From contig DATKAN010000061.1 in the NCBI GenBank assembly GCA_035498035.1, positions 19,720 through 83,719 of the forward strand: a stretch of DNA of 64,000 bases, written 5' to 3'. Under the pieces are notes generated by a model. That model saw only the letters and a list, made by a program, of their open reading frames with translations. It had not been told where the DNA came from and did not search any database. Source of the stretch: Nitrospiria bacterium. GTDB lineage: Bacteria; Nitrospirota; Nitrospiria; JACQBZ01. A program made the translations under genes and the position numbers. Of the stretch, positions 37,401 through 44,666 are shown piece by piece; within the stretch, counting starts at the first letter, position 1, and each line of letters begins with the position of its first letter.

Positions 37401-39489
37401 TTTCCTGTTGGCCGATATGGCCGGCGAGATCTTTCGTCTGGACTGTCTGACTTATCGCATCGGTTGGCTGAAAGACAATCGCGATAAGCTGGGAGAGGCC
37501 TATACCGACCCTCTTCTGATGCTGGGCGAACGGGCCGTATGGCGAACCGAACGACGGCTGGAACGGCTCGATCGACGTTATCGTCGGGAGGCGGAGCGAC
37601 CGGCGAAGGGCCTCTACGCCCCGGAGGCGATCGCGGCCGATGTCGCTCTGGAGCGGATGGGGAAGAAACCGACGGCCGAACCAAGGCCGGAGGGCCGACT
37701 GGAACGACCGCTTCGGATTCTCTGTCTGCTCCGACGGGTGGCCGATATCGCTCCCACCCCGCGGCTCAGAGAAGGACACCTGTCCGAAATCGTTTGGCGT
37801 TTAAACCCCTCCGACGAAGCCGCGGTCCGCATGGCGACCGGCTTAAAAAAGACCGGCGGCTCATCCAAGACGGTTCATATCGCATTGTCCGGGGGACCCG
37901 AAGCCGAACCCCAGCTCCGCTGGGCCCTGGGGTACGGGGCCGACGCGGCCTACCGCATCGACGCATCCGCGACGGCCGACGGCTCCGCTTGGATCGAGGC
38001 GATTACCCTTCTTGAAAAATCCGGAAAGTACGACCTGATTCTGACCGGGTCCGCCTCGGAAGACGGCGCCGAGGCCCTCGGGCCTTTCGTGGCCGGTGCC
38101 CTGTCGCGCCATTTTGGGAGGGCCTCTTCCATGGAGATCGTGGAGGAGGGCCGCGGGCTTGCGGTCCGGTCGGGCGCGGATGACTCGAAGATCAAGGTGC
38201 TTCCGACGGAGCCCTTGGTCCTGGCTTGGGAAGGATCCGACGCCCCCCGTCCCATGGAGATCAACCGATTGATCGAGGGGAGGCTGGCCCCCATCCGGCG
38301 CTTATCGGTTCAGGAGAAGGTGGTCCCCGAACGATTATCCCCCGCCCGTACGGTCGTCCGCAAAAGCGAAACGATCCGTGAGCTGGGCGGGGTGGCCGAG
38401 TACCTTGACGCCTATCGGGTCGGAGTCCGGGCGATGGAGGCCGAGCCCTATCGATCGAGGATCGATTCTATGCCCCTTCCGACCGGACCGGCGGTCTGGA
38501 CAATTATTGAAGCGCAGCAACGCAAGATGATTCCGGCCCTGCTGGGCGCGGCCAATTTCCTGGGACGGTCTCTGGAACTGAACAGCTATGCCGCGGTATT
38601 GGGGCCGGAGGAGACCTGGCCGCAGCTGAGCGGCCTGGCACAGGCCCGCGGCTTGACCGGGACGGTCTGCATTCCGGCTCCCGAAGGTCTGTTGACTGAA
38701 TCCGGCCGGATGGAATGGCTTGAAAACTTTTCAAGCGTTGTCCCGAATATCCGGATCGTCTGCGGCCCGCACTGGTCCGATGCCCTTGCGCATTTGTCGG
38801 GACGTATCAACGGCAAAGGCTCCCTGCTTTTCACCGAGGTGACCGAGATCGACCGACGCGAGGGCCTCTCGCTTTTTAAACCGGCCTACGGGGGGAAATT
38901 GCGGCGATCCGTCAACCCGGTCCTTTCGCAGACCCCCCATTTGCTTATGACGGTCTCCCCGACCGCCGATTTTCCGTCGGGCGAACCCTCGGCCCGATTC
39001 GCGGCCGGGAAGGCGGAGGTAAAAACAATCGCTGTCAATCCCGACCGCTTCGAATCCGTGCCTCCGCTTTCCCTGGATGACCTGGCCTCGGCCGAGGTGA
39101 TTATCGACATCGGATACGGCGTCCGGAATCAGGAAGGATTTCATCTCGTGGGCCGGCTCAAGGAGGCTATGGAACATTTGGGCCTGACGGTTCATCTCGG
39201 CGCGACGCGCAAAGTGACCCAAGATCTTAAACTCCTCCCGCTTTCGCACCAGATCGGCCAGACCGGGGCGAGGGTGAATCCGAAATTGATTCTCGCGCTG
39301 GGCATTTCCGGGGCGCCACAGCACATGGACTACATCGGCGACCGCGCCGTGATCTTCGCCTTCAACAAAGACCCCCAGGCCCCGCTCATGAAACTCAACG
39401 AAACCCGCCCGGCACCCGTCGTCCATCCGATCGTCGGCGATCTTTTCGTTACCATTCCGAAATTGATCGAGATGCTGTCGGCAAAATAA
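31420..39489 (+). CDS. Giant fusion: ETF:quinone oxidoreductase (FixC plus FixX-like 4Fe-4S) - degenerate ACAD - VLCAD-like acyl-CoA dehydrogenase - ETF-beta - ETF-alpha (~2,690 aa)
   Basis: One uninterrupted frame containing VIVIGCGPAG (31441); CPARVY...NCIKCESC (33331-33423); FALTEPTAGSD (~36226), LNGAKMWITNG (~36598), IYEGTNEVQR (~37189); ETF-beta LNPSDEAAV...ALGYGAD; ETF-alpha GATRK, QIGQTG, GISGAPQH, NKDPQAP. Start at ATG 31420 after AAAGGA. Confidence 0.85.
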   Translation: MKRFRFDVIVIGCGPAGASAAVTLARAGLSVLVLEAGVYAGAENWSGCVYFAENLAEPDAFGEAAVTAAPYERRLVRRGIFLHNGLDLVGLSYQNQDTFRHCYTVLRPVYDPYWADKVQTQGAMLLPQTTVTSLIRRGGRVVGVETEHGPVYADVTFIAEGDASHLIRRERLERVSEPHFMQGVKAVLSLPPTVIDERFHLSPGEGCAHEYLIRNGQMGGQTAHLNIGAFLYTNRDSLSFGYVVPLENLKEAYRGDHSRLLEWLRGLPHFKPLLKDAALSAYGTKLIRSGGLREQPLLVEDGLAVGGAAAGLGIDLPYPNFTGPSSASGLLFARAVRGLLHDGQSITADRLRQSYLEPLQASVYGQNAAFLSSWPEYLENSRTFFGRSADLACGLVHFLTQPNARLWQAARFLRGHLSIRTLREVFGDAAHMIRASGLKSALSASLKPYLLGRWTAALFRPGLKAHPGFQFRIEILDRPAVDIQKFPWPLRPVLTRLLPGLAEGMKIVYANDGRPLSEKFREASRSVLERLKITDGITLPVFVLFLATLALVSVLFDFIRYYLFRQPVEKVLGGPVTDYLHTQQTLRDLDQAKTVDSFEAKLATNSYRLGHRSHIRVLWPEELAHHGDLAQSSLWSVCPARVYQYDPPLVGRGVVMVNYENCIKCESCWHAAGDQVRWGRHTDHRLIYRPDSESIQILLGQKPPSSPPRPPREESGPRPDPKPGVSIQGPHREILAALSDSLASVFRAVCAFETAVEHIPASADATRREWPRKIGGMTTQRMGALASLLSSEKITEAFSVSGFSDRIRMEWHQILQEDGKDLELQLSAGQEFHALSAARRIREEVVRPMIEAVDAILPPSDGMMGDRDRRPPEPNLGDRIAALFPDRIVKEWENSPIPSDARERLHYLFMEYADRPTSLIRALSSTSPALGLLAAGHTEALTILRQTGQPLRGDLCAIDAQVLSIQNAKEGPIIDGVVELVPLSLSKGLLIVCDNEAWQVPLGQPGLKTTPTPAVGFRSAGLHRLEFKAVKAHGPALPVGDGRRFGTDYAAVALGTADYLARRVKEHADGRVQFAHQMRDTQGRDGIAKLGAVKAMIARIEAWHLLLTVLLEEGIDPGPPEHFPGWPDLCATVATLAFGPQAGQMGYDAGQVFGGFAYSEDDLLSRAYRDSALFRFLPAGFGAAERLMRRLQENRDALESAVASRNRLWNEVRKGPLADTATRWDETTKRWMGLSSECDPALSGEAGALLLGAHRVLCQVQQKLEQALPVEGEAASSAVVIHLAEQAVDAMEFRRRDSPLLPIAVFPERPAAERVELPMSYEAICNPSSAGSSQPYQSGQYLLAPLDPSVRFVPEVQLHDPSLRDRWQGCTDWFLEHIWTKSFDGMHIERYVEKIHGIPDGTLEGFKKNGYFSTVIPSELDGGGWWKAEYYILTTAAGRFGDAGLLLVIMASTSIGTTPMLLGLEKELPLAVQELEPLARDPQQLGEIGDRLDRLIAGMKRPDPARLKKGFTELMSLVDSRIRHTRVVKYLAANFLKTFYAAAIAGQRRDLEGFRRGLAEAKPLFDILAPTIRLAVDELPRRERAHQFFLKKLGHGGISAFALTEPTAGSDTGGVKTTARPMSRPLTSLEDGRYRFSLTNDETPNHPSLRYIIDADRVRFDDRSGPSGMVYELPTGEGVPIRCDEYNYDTDEGLRYYVFRGQKIYFHDIAQIRVRDGKPVYDFYELNGAKMWITNGRVATQYCLYAQSPEGVTGFMVDRHAEGLKVGADERKMGQRGSPTNEIAIDQVRVPKECIIGYEGHGQVNALETLNVGRCGLAVASITLMRKLLLDAIEQVPSTPRRDRLLGEAAAILFGSDSMTFHLVGLFDRHTTESVRMESAIAKYVCSEDLHEVMTLIEEAYGPVGVTERYRVEKLRRDSRILNIYEGTNEVQRFLILKDLVALSKEWKPIPFPENSEPPSRLAFWKELLRGHVAAAAEPLGDTVWMDAVLQPTFFLLADMAGEIFRLDCLTYRIGWLKDNRDKLGEAYTDPLLMLGERAVWRTERRLERLDRRYRREAERPAKGLYAPEAIAADVALERMGKKPTAEPRPEGRLERPLRILCLLRRVADIAPTPRLREGHLSEIVWRLNPSDEAAVRMATGLKKTGGSSKTVHIALSGGPEAEPQLRWALGYGADAAYRIDASATADGSAWIEAITLLEKSGKYDLILTGSASEDGAEALGPFVAGALSRHFGRASSMEIVEEGRGLAVRSGADDSKIKVLPTEPLVLAWEGSDAPRPMEINRLIEGRLAPIRRLSVQEKVVPERLSPARTVVRKSETIRELGGVAEYLDAYRVGVRAMEAEPYRSRIDSMPLPTGPAVWTIIEAQQRKMIPALLGAANFLGRSLELNSYAAVLGPEETWPQLSGLAQARGLTGTVCIPAPEGLLTESGRMEWLENFSSVVPNIRIVCGPHWSDALAHLSGRINGKGSLLFTEVTEIDRREGLSLFKPAYGGKLRRSVNPVLSQTPHLLMTVSPTADFPSGEPSARFAAGKAEVKTIAVNPDRFESVPPLSLDDLASAEVIIDIGYGVRNQEGFHLVGRLKEAMEHLGLTVHLGATRKVTQDLKLLPLSHQIGQTGARVNPKLILALGISGAPQHMDYIGDRAVIFAFNKDPQAPLMKLNETRPAPVVHPIVGDLFVTIPKLIEMLSAK

Positions 39490-39503
39490 TTCGTTAAATA
39501 TTC

Positions 39504-39573
39504 GTAGGGGCGGGGGGGTGCCTCGCCCTCTCCCTGACCAAACAAACAGGGCGACCCATCGAGTCACCCCTAC
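39504..39573. repeat. Inverted doublet of GTAG-type REP-like palindromes
   Basis: GTAGGGGCG...TCGCCC (39504-39528) and AGGGCGACCCATCGAGTCACCCCTAC (39548-39573), ending in CTAC. Confidence 0.65.
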
Positions 39574-39609
39574 GAAAACCATACAATCTTTTAAATCAGG
39601 TGCCCTAAG

Positions 39610-40050
39610 ATGAATCCACCGATTCCCCTCCGATCCCCGCGCGAAATGCTGGGCGGGTATGTTTTTCTTCCGCGATTGATCGACAAGGTCCGGCTGCACG
39701 CGCAAGGAAAACTCCCGCCGGAATATGTCGGCAATCTCCTCAAACCGGGATTGACTCTGGACGGACGCTTGCTTACGTTTACCGGGCTGAATGCGGAGGC
39801 GTTGCGTCGTGCAATCCTGACCTCGAAGACGGACGTCGAGATCTTTGCCTGGGTCGAGCGACATGCAAAGCCCCATACTGAGGGCGAGAAGCGGCAATGG
39901 ATCGCGGAGATCGAGTCCTATCGGCCGAATCCGGAAACAGCCCGATGGCGAAGGGAGACTTACAAGGAATTGGCCGCCCGGATCGATCCGGCTACGCTGA
40001 GCCTGTTTGATCTGATCGACATGGACGAAGGCCGGATTCCCCCACCATGA
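39610..40050 (+). CDS. DUF5069-like protein
   Basis: LRSPREMLGGYVFLPRLIDKVRLHAQGKLPPEY...LDGRLLTFTG...FDLIDMDEGR (recalled family pattern). Confidence 0.7.
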   Translation: MNPPIPLRSPREMLGGYVFLPRLIDKVRLHAQGKLPPEYVGNLLKPGLTLDGRLLTFTGLNAEALRRAILTSKTDVEIFAWVERHAKPHTEGEKRQWIAEIESYRPNPETARWRRETYKELAARIDPATLSLFDLIDMDEGRIPPP

Positions 40051-40058
40051 AATAACCG

Positions 40059-41900
40059 CTACGGTATCCGGACGATGCGTAAGGAATCCGGAACAGTTTC
40101 CCAAGTAATGACCGGCCCTTTTTCCTGCGTTTTCATCAACCCTTTGTGATCTTTGCGACCGAAGTAACTCGTCCCCAACGGCAGTCTTTTAATCACCTTA
40201 AACCCGGCCTCGCTGTGACAGATCTCGCATCGTGTTCCCAACTCGCCCTCATGAATGTCGTCTTTCTGGTGGCATCGAACGCACATGCGGGACGTTTTTT
40301 GGGAAAAGAGCTGTTTGACATGGCATTGCTCGCATTTCAATTGACTGTGCTTCATTACGAGCGCATAACCGGTCTCCTTCGCGTGATCAAAATCATCCCG
40401 TTTCCAGGTCTTCGCGGTGTGACAAGCCTCGCATTTTTTCCCGAAGTGCCCCTTGTGATAGTCGTCTTTTATATGACAATCGTTACAGACCGAGGAGGTG
40501 TCCTTGAAAAGCGCCGTCTTATGACATTCGGAACAGCGAACATCCCGGTGTTTGTCCAGAAGCTTAAAATTCGTTTTCTGATGGTCGAATTTCTGAATGT
40601 CCTTCCATCCCTTTTCCGTATGGCAGGTCTCGCAGGTATCCCCCAATTGCCCCTTGTGCTTATCGTCAGGCCGATGACACGAGGCGCATCGACTCGGGAT
40701 CTTGTAGGCCTCCTGGACATGGCATTTCGAGCAGGGAACGTCCAGATGCTTCCCGATGAGCGGATAGTCCGTCTTCGAATGATCGAAACCGATTTTCTTC
40801 CAATCCACGGCCGAATGGCAACGGGCGCATTCCCGTCCCAGTTTGCCTTTGTGGTAATCGTCCTCTTTATGGCACTCGACACAGGTCTTCGGCGTCGATT
40901 TCATGTCCGGAGTTTTATGACATTTCAGGCATTCCACGTTTTGATGTTTTCCGACCAGATTAAACCGGGTCTTGTCGTGGTCGAATAAAACGTCCTTCCA
41001 CTCCTTCACCGTGTGACATTGCGCGCATTGGGGACCGAGGACGCCCTTATGCCGGTCGACACGCTTATGGCACTCGACGCAGGTCTTCGGCGTTTCCCGA
41101 AGCTGAGGCGTTTTATGGCATTTATTGCATTCCACCTGGCGATGGCTTCCCAGCAGTTTAAATTCGGTTTTGTCATGGTCAAAGACAATGGCCTTCCAAT
41201 CCTTCACCGTATGACAGCTCTCGCACTGCTTGCCCAGAACCCCTTTGTGCTTGTCCTTGTTAAGATGACAGCCCACGCAGGCCATCGGCGTCGCCTTGAA
41301 ATTATCGGAGGCGTGGCATTTTTCACACGCGACCGGAGCATGTTTCCCCTCCAACGGAAACCGCGTGCGGGAATGGTCGAAGCTGATCTTCTTCCATGCC
41401 TCCGAATTATGGCAACGCTCGCAGGACTTTCCCAGCGCCCCTTTGTGCTTATCCTTTTCAAGGTGGCAGGAAAAACAATCGTGGGGGGTTTCTCGGAACT
41501 TCGGTTTTAGGTGGCAGCGATCGCATTTCGTGGTTTGATGCTTCCCGGACAATTCGAATTGCGTCTTTCCGTGGTCGAAGTGGGCGGAATCAAATTGGGC
41601 GATATGGCTTTCACGTCCCTTGTGTTCCGTGTGGCAGGTCTCGCACCGGGAGGCGTCGGTTTTTCCGTGGAAACCGGTCTTCAGTTCGACATCTTTTTTG
41701 ACTTCCTTGTGACAGGCCAGACATTTATCGTAAAAAACCTTTTTGACGAGATCATGACAATCCAGGCAGCGTCCTTCAGATTTTTCGTGGACCCGGGAAA
41801 CCTTCCCGGGCATCACACCCTTCAGGATGTCGAGCGCGTCGGCCGTCCCAACGGTTGCGAGACACCACACGAAAATTGCAAGGCCGAATTTTCTCCACAT
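40059..41900 (-). CDS. Periplasmic 24-heme c-type cytochrome with seven ~66-aa triheme repeats
   Basis: 24 CXXCH motifs counted; Sec signal MWRKFGLAIFVWCLATVGTADA; repeat FDH..T.F.L.GKH-CXXCH-CXXCH-D.HKG.LG-CXXCH-W. Confidence 0.92.
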   Translation of the reverse strand: MWRKFGLAIFVWCLATVGTADALDILKGVMPGKVSRVHEKSEGRCLDCHDLVKKVFYDKCLACHKEVKKDVELKTGFHGKTDASRCETCHTEHKGRESHIAQFDSAHFDHGKTQFELSGKHQTTKCDRCHLKPKFRETPHDCFSCHLEKDKHKGALGKSCERCHNSEAWKKISFDHSRTRFPLEGKHAPVACEKCHASDNFKATPMACVGCHLNKDKHKGVLGKQCESCHTVKDWKAIVFDHDKTEFKLLGSHRQVECNKCHKTPQLRETPKTCVECHKRVDRHKGVLGPQCAQCHTVKEWKDVLFDHDKTRFNLVGKHQNVECLKCHKTPDMKSTPKTCVECHKEDDYHKGKLGRECARCHSAVDWKKIGFDHSKTDYPLIGKHLDVPCSKCHVQEAYKIPSRCASCHRPDDKHKGQLGDTCETCHTEKGWKDIQKFDHQKTNFKLLDKHRDVRCSECHKTALFKDTSSVCNDCHIKDDYHKGHFGKKCEACHTAKTWKRDDFDHAKETGYALVMKHSQLKCEQCHVKQLFSQKTSRMCVRCHQKDDIHEGELGTRCEICHSEAGFKVIKRLPLGTSYFGRKDHKGLMKTQEKGPVITWETVPDSLRIVRIP

Positions 41901-41928
41901 CGGGCGTCCCGGCGGTCTCAACAATAAC

Positions 41929-42702
41929 TCAGAATATCAATACGGCGGCGATATGAACAATCAACGTGAAGGCGAGAATCCAAATAAACGGTACATGAAG
42001 CTTGTGCCAGTAGGAAAAAAGGCTTGTTGTGGCCTCCAGGGCCGAAACGTTCTTCTCGAGACGAATCCGCTTCACAATCAGGAATTCCAACGAGTCCGAT
42101 GACTTCATGGGATTTATGACAGGCATCCGGCCCTGGGAGCGGGAAAGCCGCCTGAGCTGCCTTCTCACCTTTTTCTCAAGACGGTCCAATCGGATCAGCA
42201 GGAAGAACGGCCCGAAGAACCCACGTGATTTTTTCTTTTCTCGACGGCTGAAAAAAGTTTGGATGGTCTCGAGGATGGTTTGCGATTCTGAAACTCGTTG
42301 GGAGATATTTCGATCCAATTGTTCGATTTCCTGGATCATCTCCTTTAATGTGGCCCGTTCCCCCGATAGAGAAAACTGGAAATGCCGATAAATATAGCGA
42401 CCGAATACGCCGCTGGCCACAACGATCAGCATCGCATAAAAGGCGATGGCCGCGTTGGGGGACTTGATGAAAAAACCGGTGTGGTACACGACCAAGAGCG
42501 GCCCGAGGATGCATAGCGTGATGTGGATGTCCAACCATCGGCTCATGTTTCCCAGACTTCGGAGCACCCGGATCCTTTTACGCAGCGCATACAAGAAGGC
42601 GCCCAAAAACATCATGGTGGACCCAATAATCCCGAGCATCAACGGAACAAATGATTTCGGGGAATAGGGATGCCCTGAAAAATAAATCGGCAGGGCGACC
42701 AC
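41929..42702 (-). CDS. Inner-membrane protein with conserved-looking His residues in TM helices (cytochrome b-like, PCC3 IMP-type); start uncertain
   Basis: WLDIHITL, VVYHTGF, WHKLHVP, LIVHIAA in hydrophobic segments; located between the porin and cytochrome genes. Confidence 0.72.
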   Translation of the reverse strand: MVALPIYFSGHPYSPKSFVPLMLGIIGSTMMFLGAFLYALRKRIRVLRSLGNMSRWLDIHITLCILGPLLVVYHTGFFIKSPNAAIAFYAMLIVVASGVFGRYIYRHFQFSLSGERATLKEMIQEIEQLDRNISQRVSESQTILETIQTFFSRREKKKSRGFFGPFFLLIRLDRLEKKVRRQLRRLSRSQGRMPVINPMKSSDSLEFLIVKRIRLEKNVSALEATTSLFSYWHKLHVPFIWILAFTLIVHIAAVLIF

Positions 42703-42830
42703 CGCGGCGCATCCGAATATTAGAATTAAAAGTCTGATGGGACCCTCTTTTCCATCTCATGAATGGACGCTTAAAGCCAAGGACAGGCCCCAAAGCGTCT
42801 TTCAGCGTTTCGGAACAACACGACCGGGCC

Positions 42831-44666
42831 TCAGAACGGAATCGTGAGGCTGGTTCGGGTTTCCACCGTCGTCACCGTTCCGTTTGTGGTGTTGTTCTTA
42901 TCCATGTCGTAATCGGCGTCAAGGCTGAGCGAAATCCCGCTCCCGAAGGTGTAGATCAATGTGAATCCGGGGATGAGCCGCGTCGATTGGGTGGCGGAGG
43001 TTTTTATTTCAAAACGCTCCCAACGGCATCTCAAGGACGTTTGAAATTCTGGGCCCAAGTACTTTGAAAAGGTTCCCGTCACCGTTGTCGTTTGATAATC
43101 GGTCGTCGGCTGGAAAAGATAGAGCACTGTTCCAACCTCCGACCAGTGGAGCCCGTTTCGCTCGCTGAGAAAGACCGAATAGCGATCACCCTTCTTATCC
43201 GCCTTTCCGTCGTTGAAAACGATCGCCTGGAAGATCGTATGGGCGTACCTTAAATCGAGATGCCAGACCTTCGAAAAATCGACGGTGGTTCCCAGTCTGG
43301 CCTCCCGCGAATCGGTCGTATTTTTCAATGCGAGGGCCTGGAGATCGTTTCGTGTCAAAGTTTGCCGCGCAGCATCGAGCGACGTGATCGGCGGTGTTAT
43401 CAACGCGAGGGAGGGATCGATCAACGCCGTTTCGTAATCCAGAAAAGGATTCTTTCGATATTCGACCGCCGCGGAATACGAAGCGATCGCGTAATGGTAT
43501 TCAAAACTCAGTAATTTGTCGTTGAAATCTTTGAAGGCCAGGTCATAGTCCACTATGGAGGAAATGTTGATTGGATCATTCAACCAGTACCCGTTCAGTC
43601 CGACCGCATTTCGCGTTGAAAAACCGTTGTTGAACTCCTGGGTATAATAGATTTTTCCTCCAAGATGATAGAGATCATAGATCGAAAGGTAGGTATCGTA
43701 AAACAGGCGATCGTGCTGAATCTGGATTTTATTTCGATCGAACGGGTCGACCGCATAACCGACGCTGGTCGTCAAACCGAGCGTGTTGAAGGGCCGGAGA
43801 CCGAAGGCCAGTCCATCAAAGCGACTGAATAAGGTATTCCCGGAAGCCGGTTGTCGTCCGATGCGGAGGTCGACCATGGAACGAGGGTCGGACCAGTCCG
43901 CGAAAATTTTATTGAGTCTGTAGAAGGAGTTATCGGGGGTCAGAAAATCATCCGAATTCATACCGGAAAAATAGATTTTTAAATCCCCTCCGGCCGACTT
44001 CCTCCAGCGGAAATCCAAATATTCGTTCAAGCGGTTTTGTACCGTGGGAGTGGGGTCCGCCGGGGATGTTTGAGTATCATTATAATACTCCAACGTAAAA
44101 GCGCCGGAAAATTTTCCAAATGGGGCCGTTTCCTGTCGACGCACCGGAGAGAAAACCGGTTGAGGGGGGGTGCCTTGATTGCTGCCCGGGAGACTCTCCG
44201 ACTGAACCGCCGCACTCGACGGGCCGGTAGAAGGACCGTTCACAGAATCCGACCCGGTTGTCAGAGCCGCCAACCTCGCTTTTACTTCAGGGATATGTCT
44301 GCTTGAAGGAAAATTGCTGGTAAATAGCGTGTACTGCTGCACGGTGTCATTCCGTTTGCCCTGTTCATCCGCAATCCGGGCCAGGTACCATTGGGCCTCC
44401 TCCAAACCGGAGGGGTCCGTTTTCGTATCGATGAATCTATTGAAGATTACACGGGCCCGTTCTAAATCTCCTTTTTCAAACGCGTTGACCCCTTCCGCAA
44501 AATTTATCGACGGGCCGGAATCGGTTTTCAAAATGGGTTTGTTTCTACTCAAAGAACAACCGATCATCGTCAAAAAAAAAGTGGCCAACGCGAGACAAAA
44601 TGCCGCACGCGAGAGAAAAAAAACCCATCGTTCCACGGGGGCGTTAAAAACGACTGTAGTCAGCAT
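42831..44666 (-). CDS. Outer-membrane beta-barrel with N-terminal lipobox-like signal and TPR domain (porin of a porin-cytochrome conduit)
   Basis: FFLTMIG-C, TPR-like AQWYLARIA, Pro/Ser linker, alternating aromatic beta-strands, C-terminal ...SLTIPF. Start at ATG 44666 or GTG 44636. Confidence 0.72.
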   Translation of the reverse strand: MLTTVVFNAPVERWVFFLSRAAFCLALATFFLTMIGCSLSRNKPILKTDSGPSINFAEGVNAFEKGDLERARVIFNRFIDTKTDPSGLEEAQWYLARIADEQGKRNDTVQQYTLFTSNFPSSRHIPEVKARLAALTTGSDSVNGPSTGPSSAAVQSESLPGSNQGTPPQPVFSPVRRQETAPFGKFSGAFTLEYYNDTQTSPADPTPTVQNRLNEYLDFRWRKSAGGDLKIYFSGMNSDDFLTPDNSFYRLNKIFADWSDPRSMVDLRIGRQPASGNTLFSRFDGLAFGLRPFNTLGLTTSVGYAVDPFDRNKIQIQHDRLFYDTYLSIYDLYHLGGKIYYTQEFNNGFSTRNAVGLNGYWLNDPINISSIVDYDLAFKDFNDKLLSFEYHYAIASYSAAVEYRKNPFLDYETALIDPSLALITPPITSLDAARQTLTRNDLQALALKNTTDSREARLGTTVDFSKVWHLDLRYAHTIFQAIVFNDGKADKKGDRYSVFLSERNGLHWSEVGTVLYLFQPTTDYQTTTVTGTFSKYLGPEFQTSLRCRWERFEIKTSATQSTRLIPGFTLIYTFGSGISLSLDADYDMDKNNTTNGTVTTVETRTSLTIPF

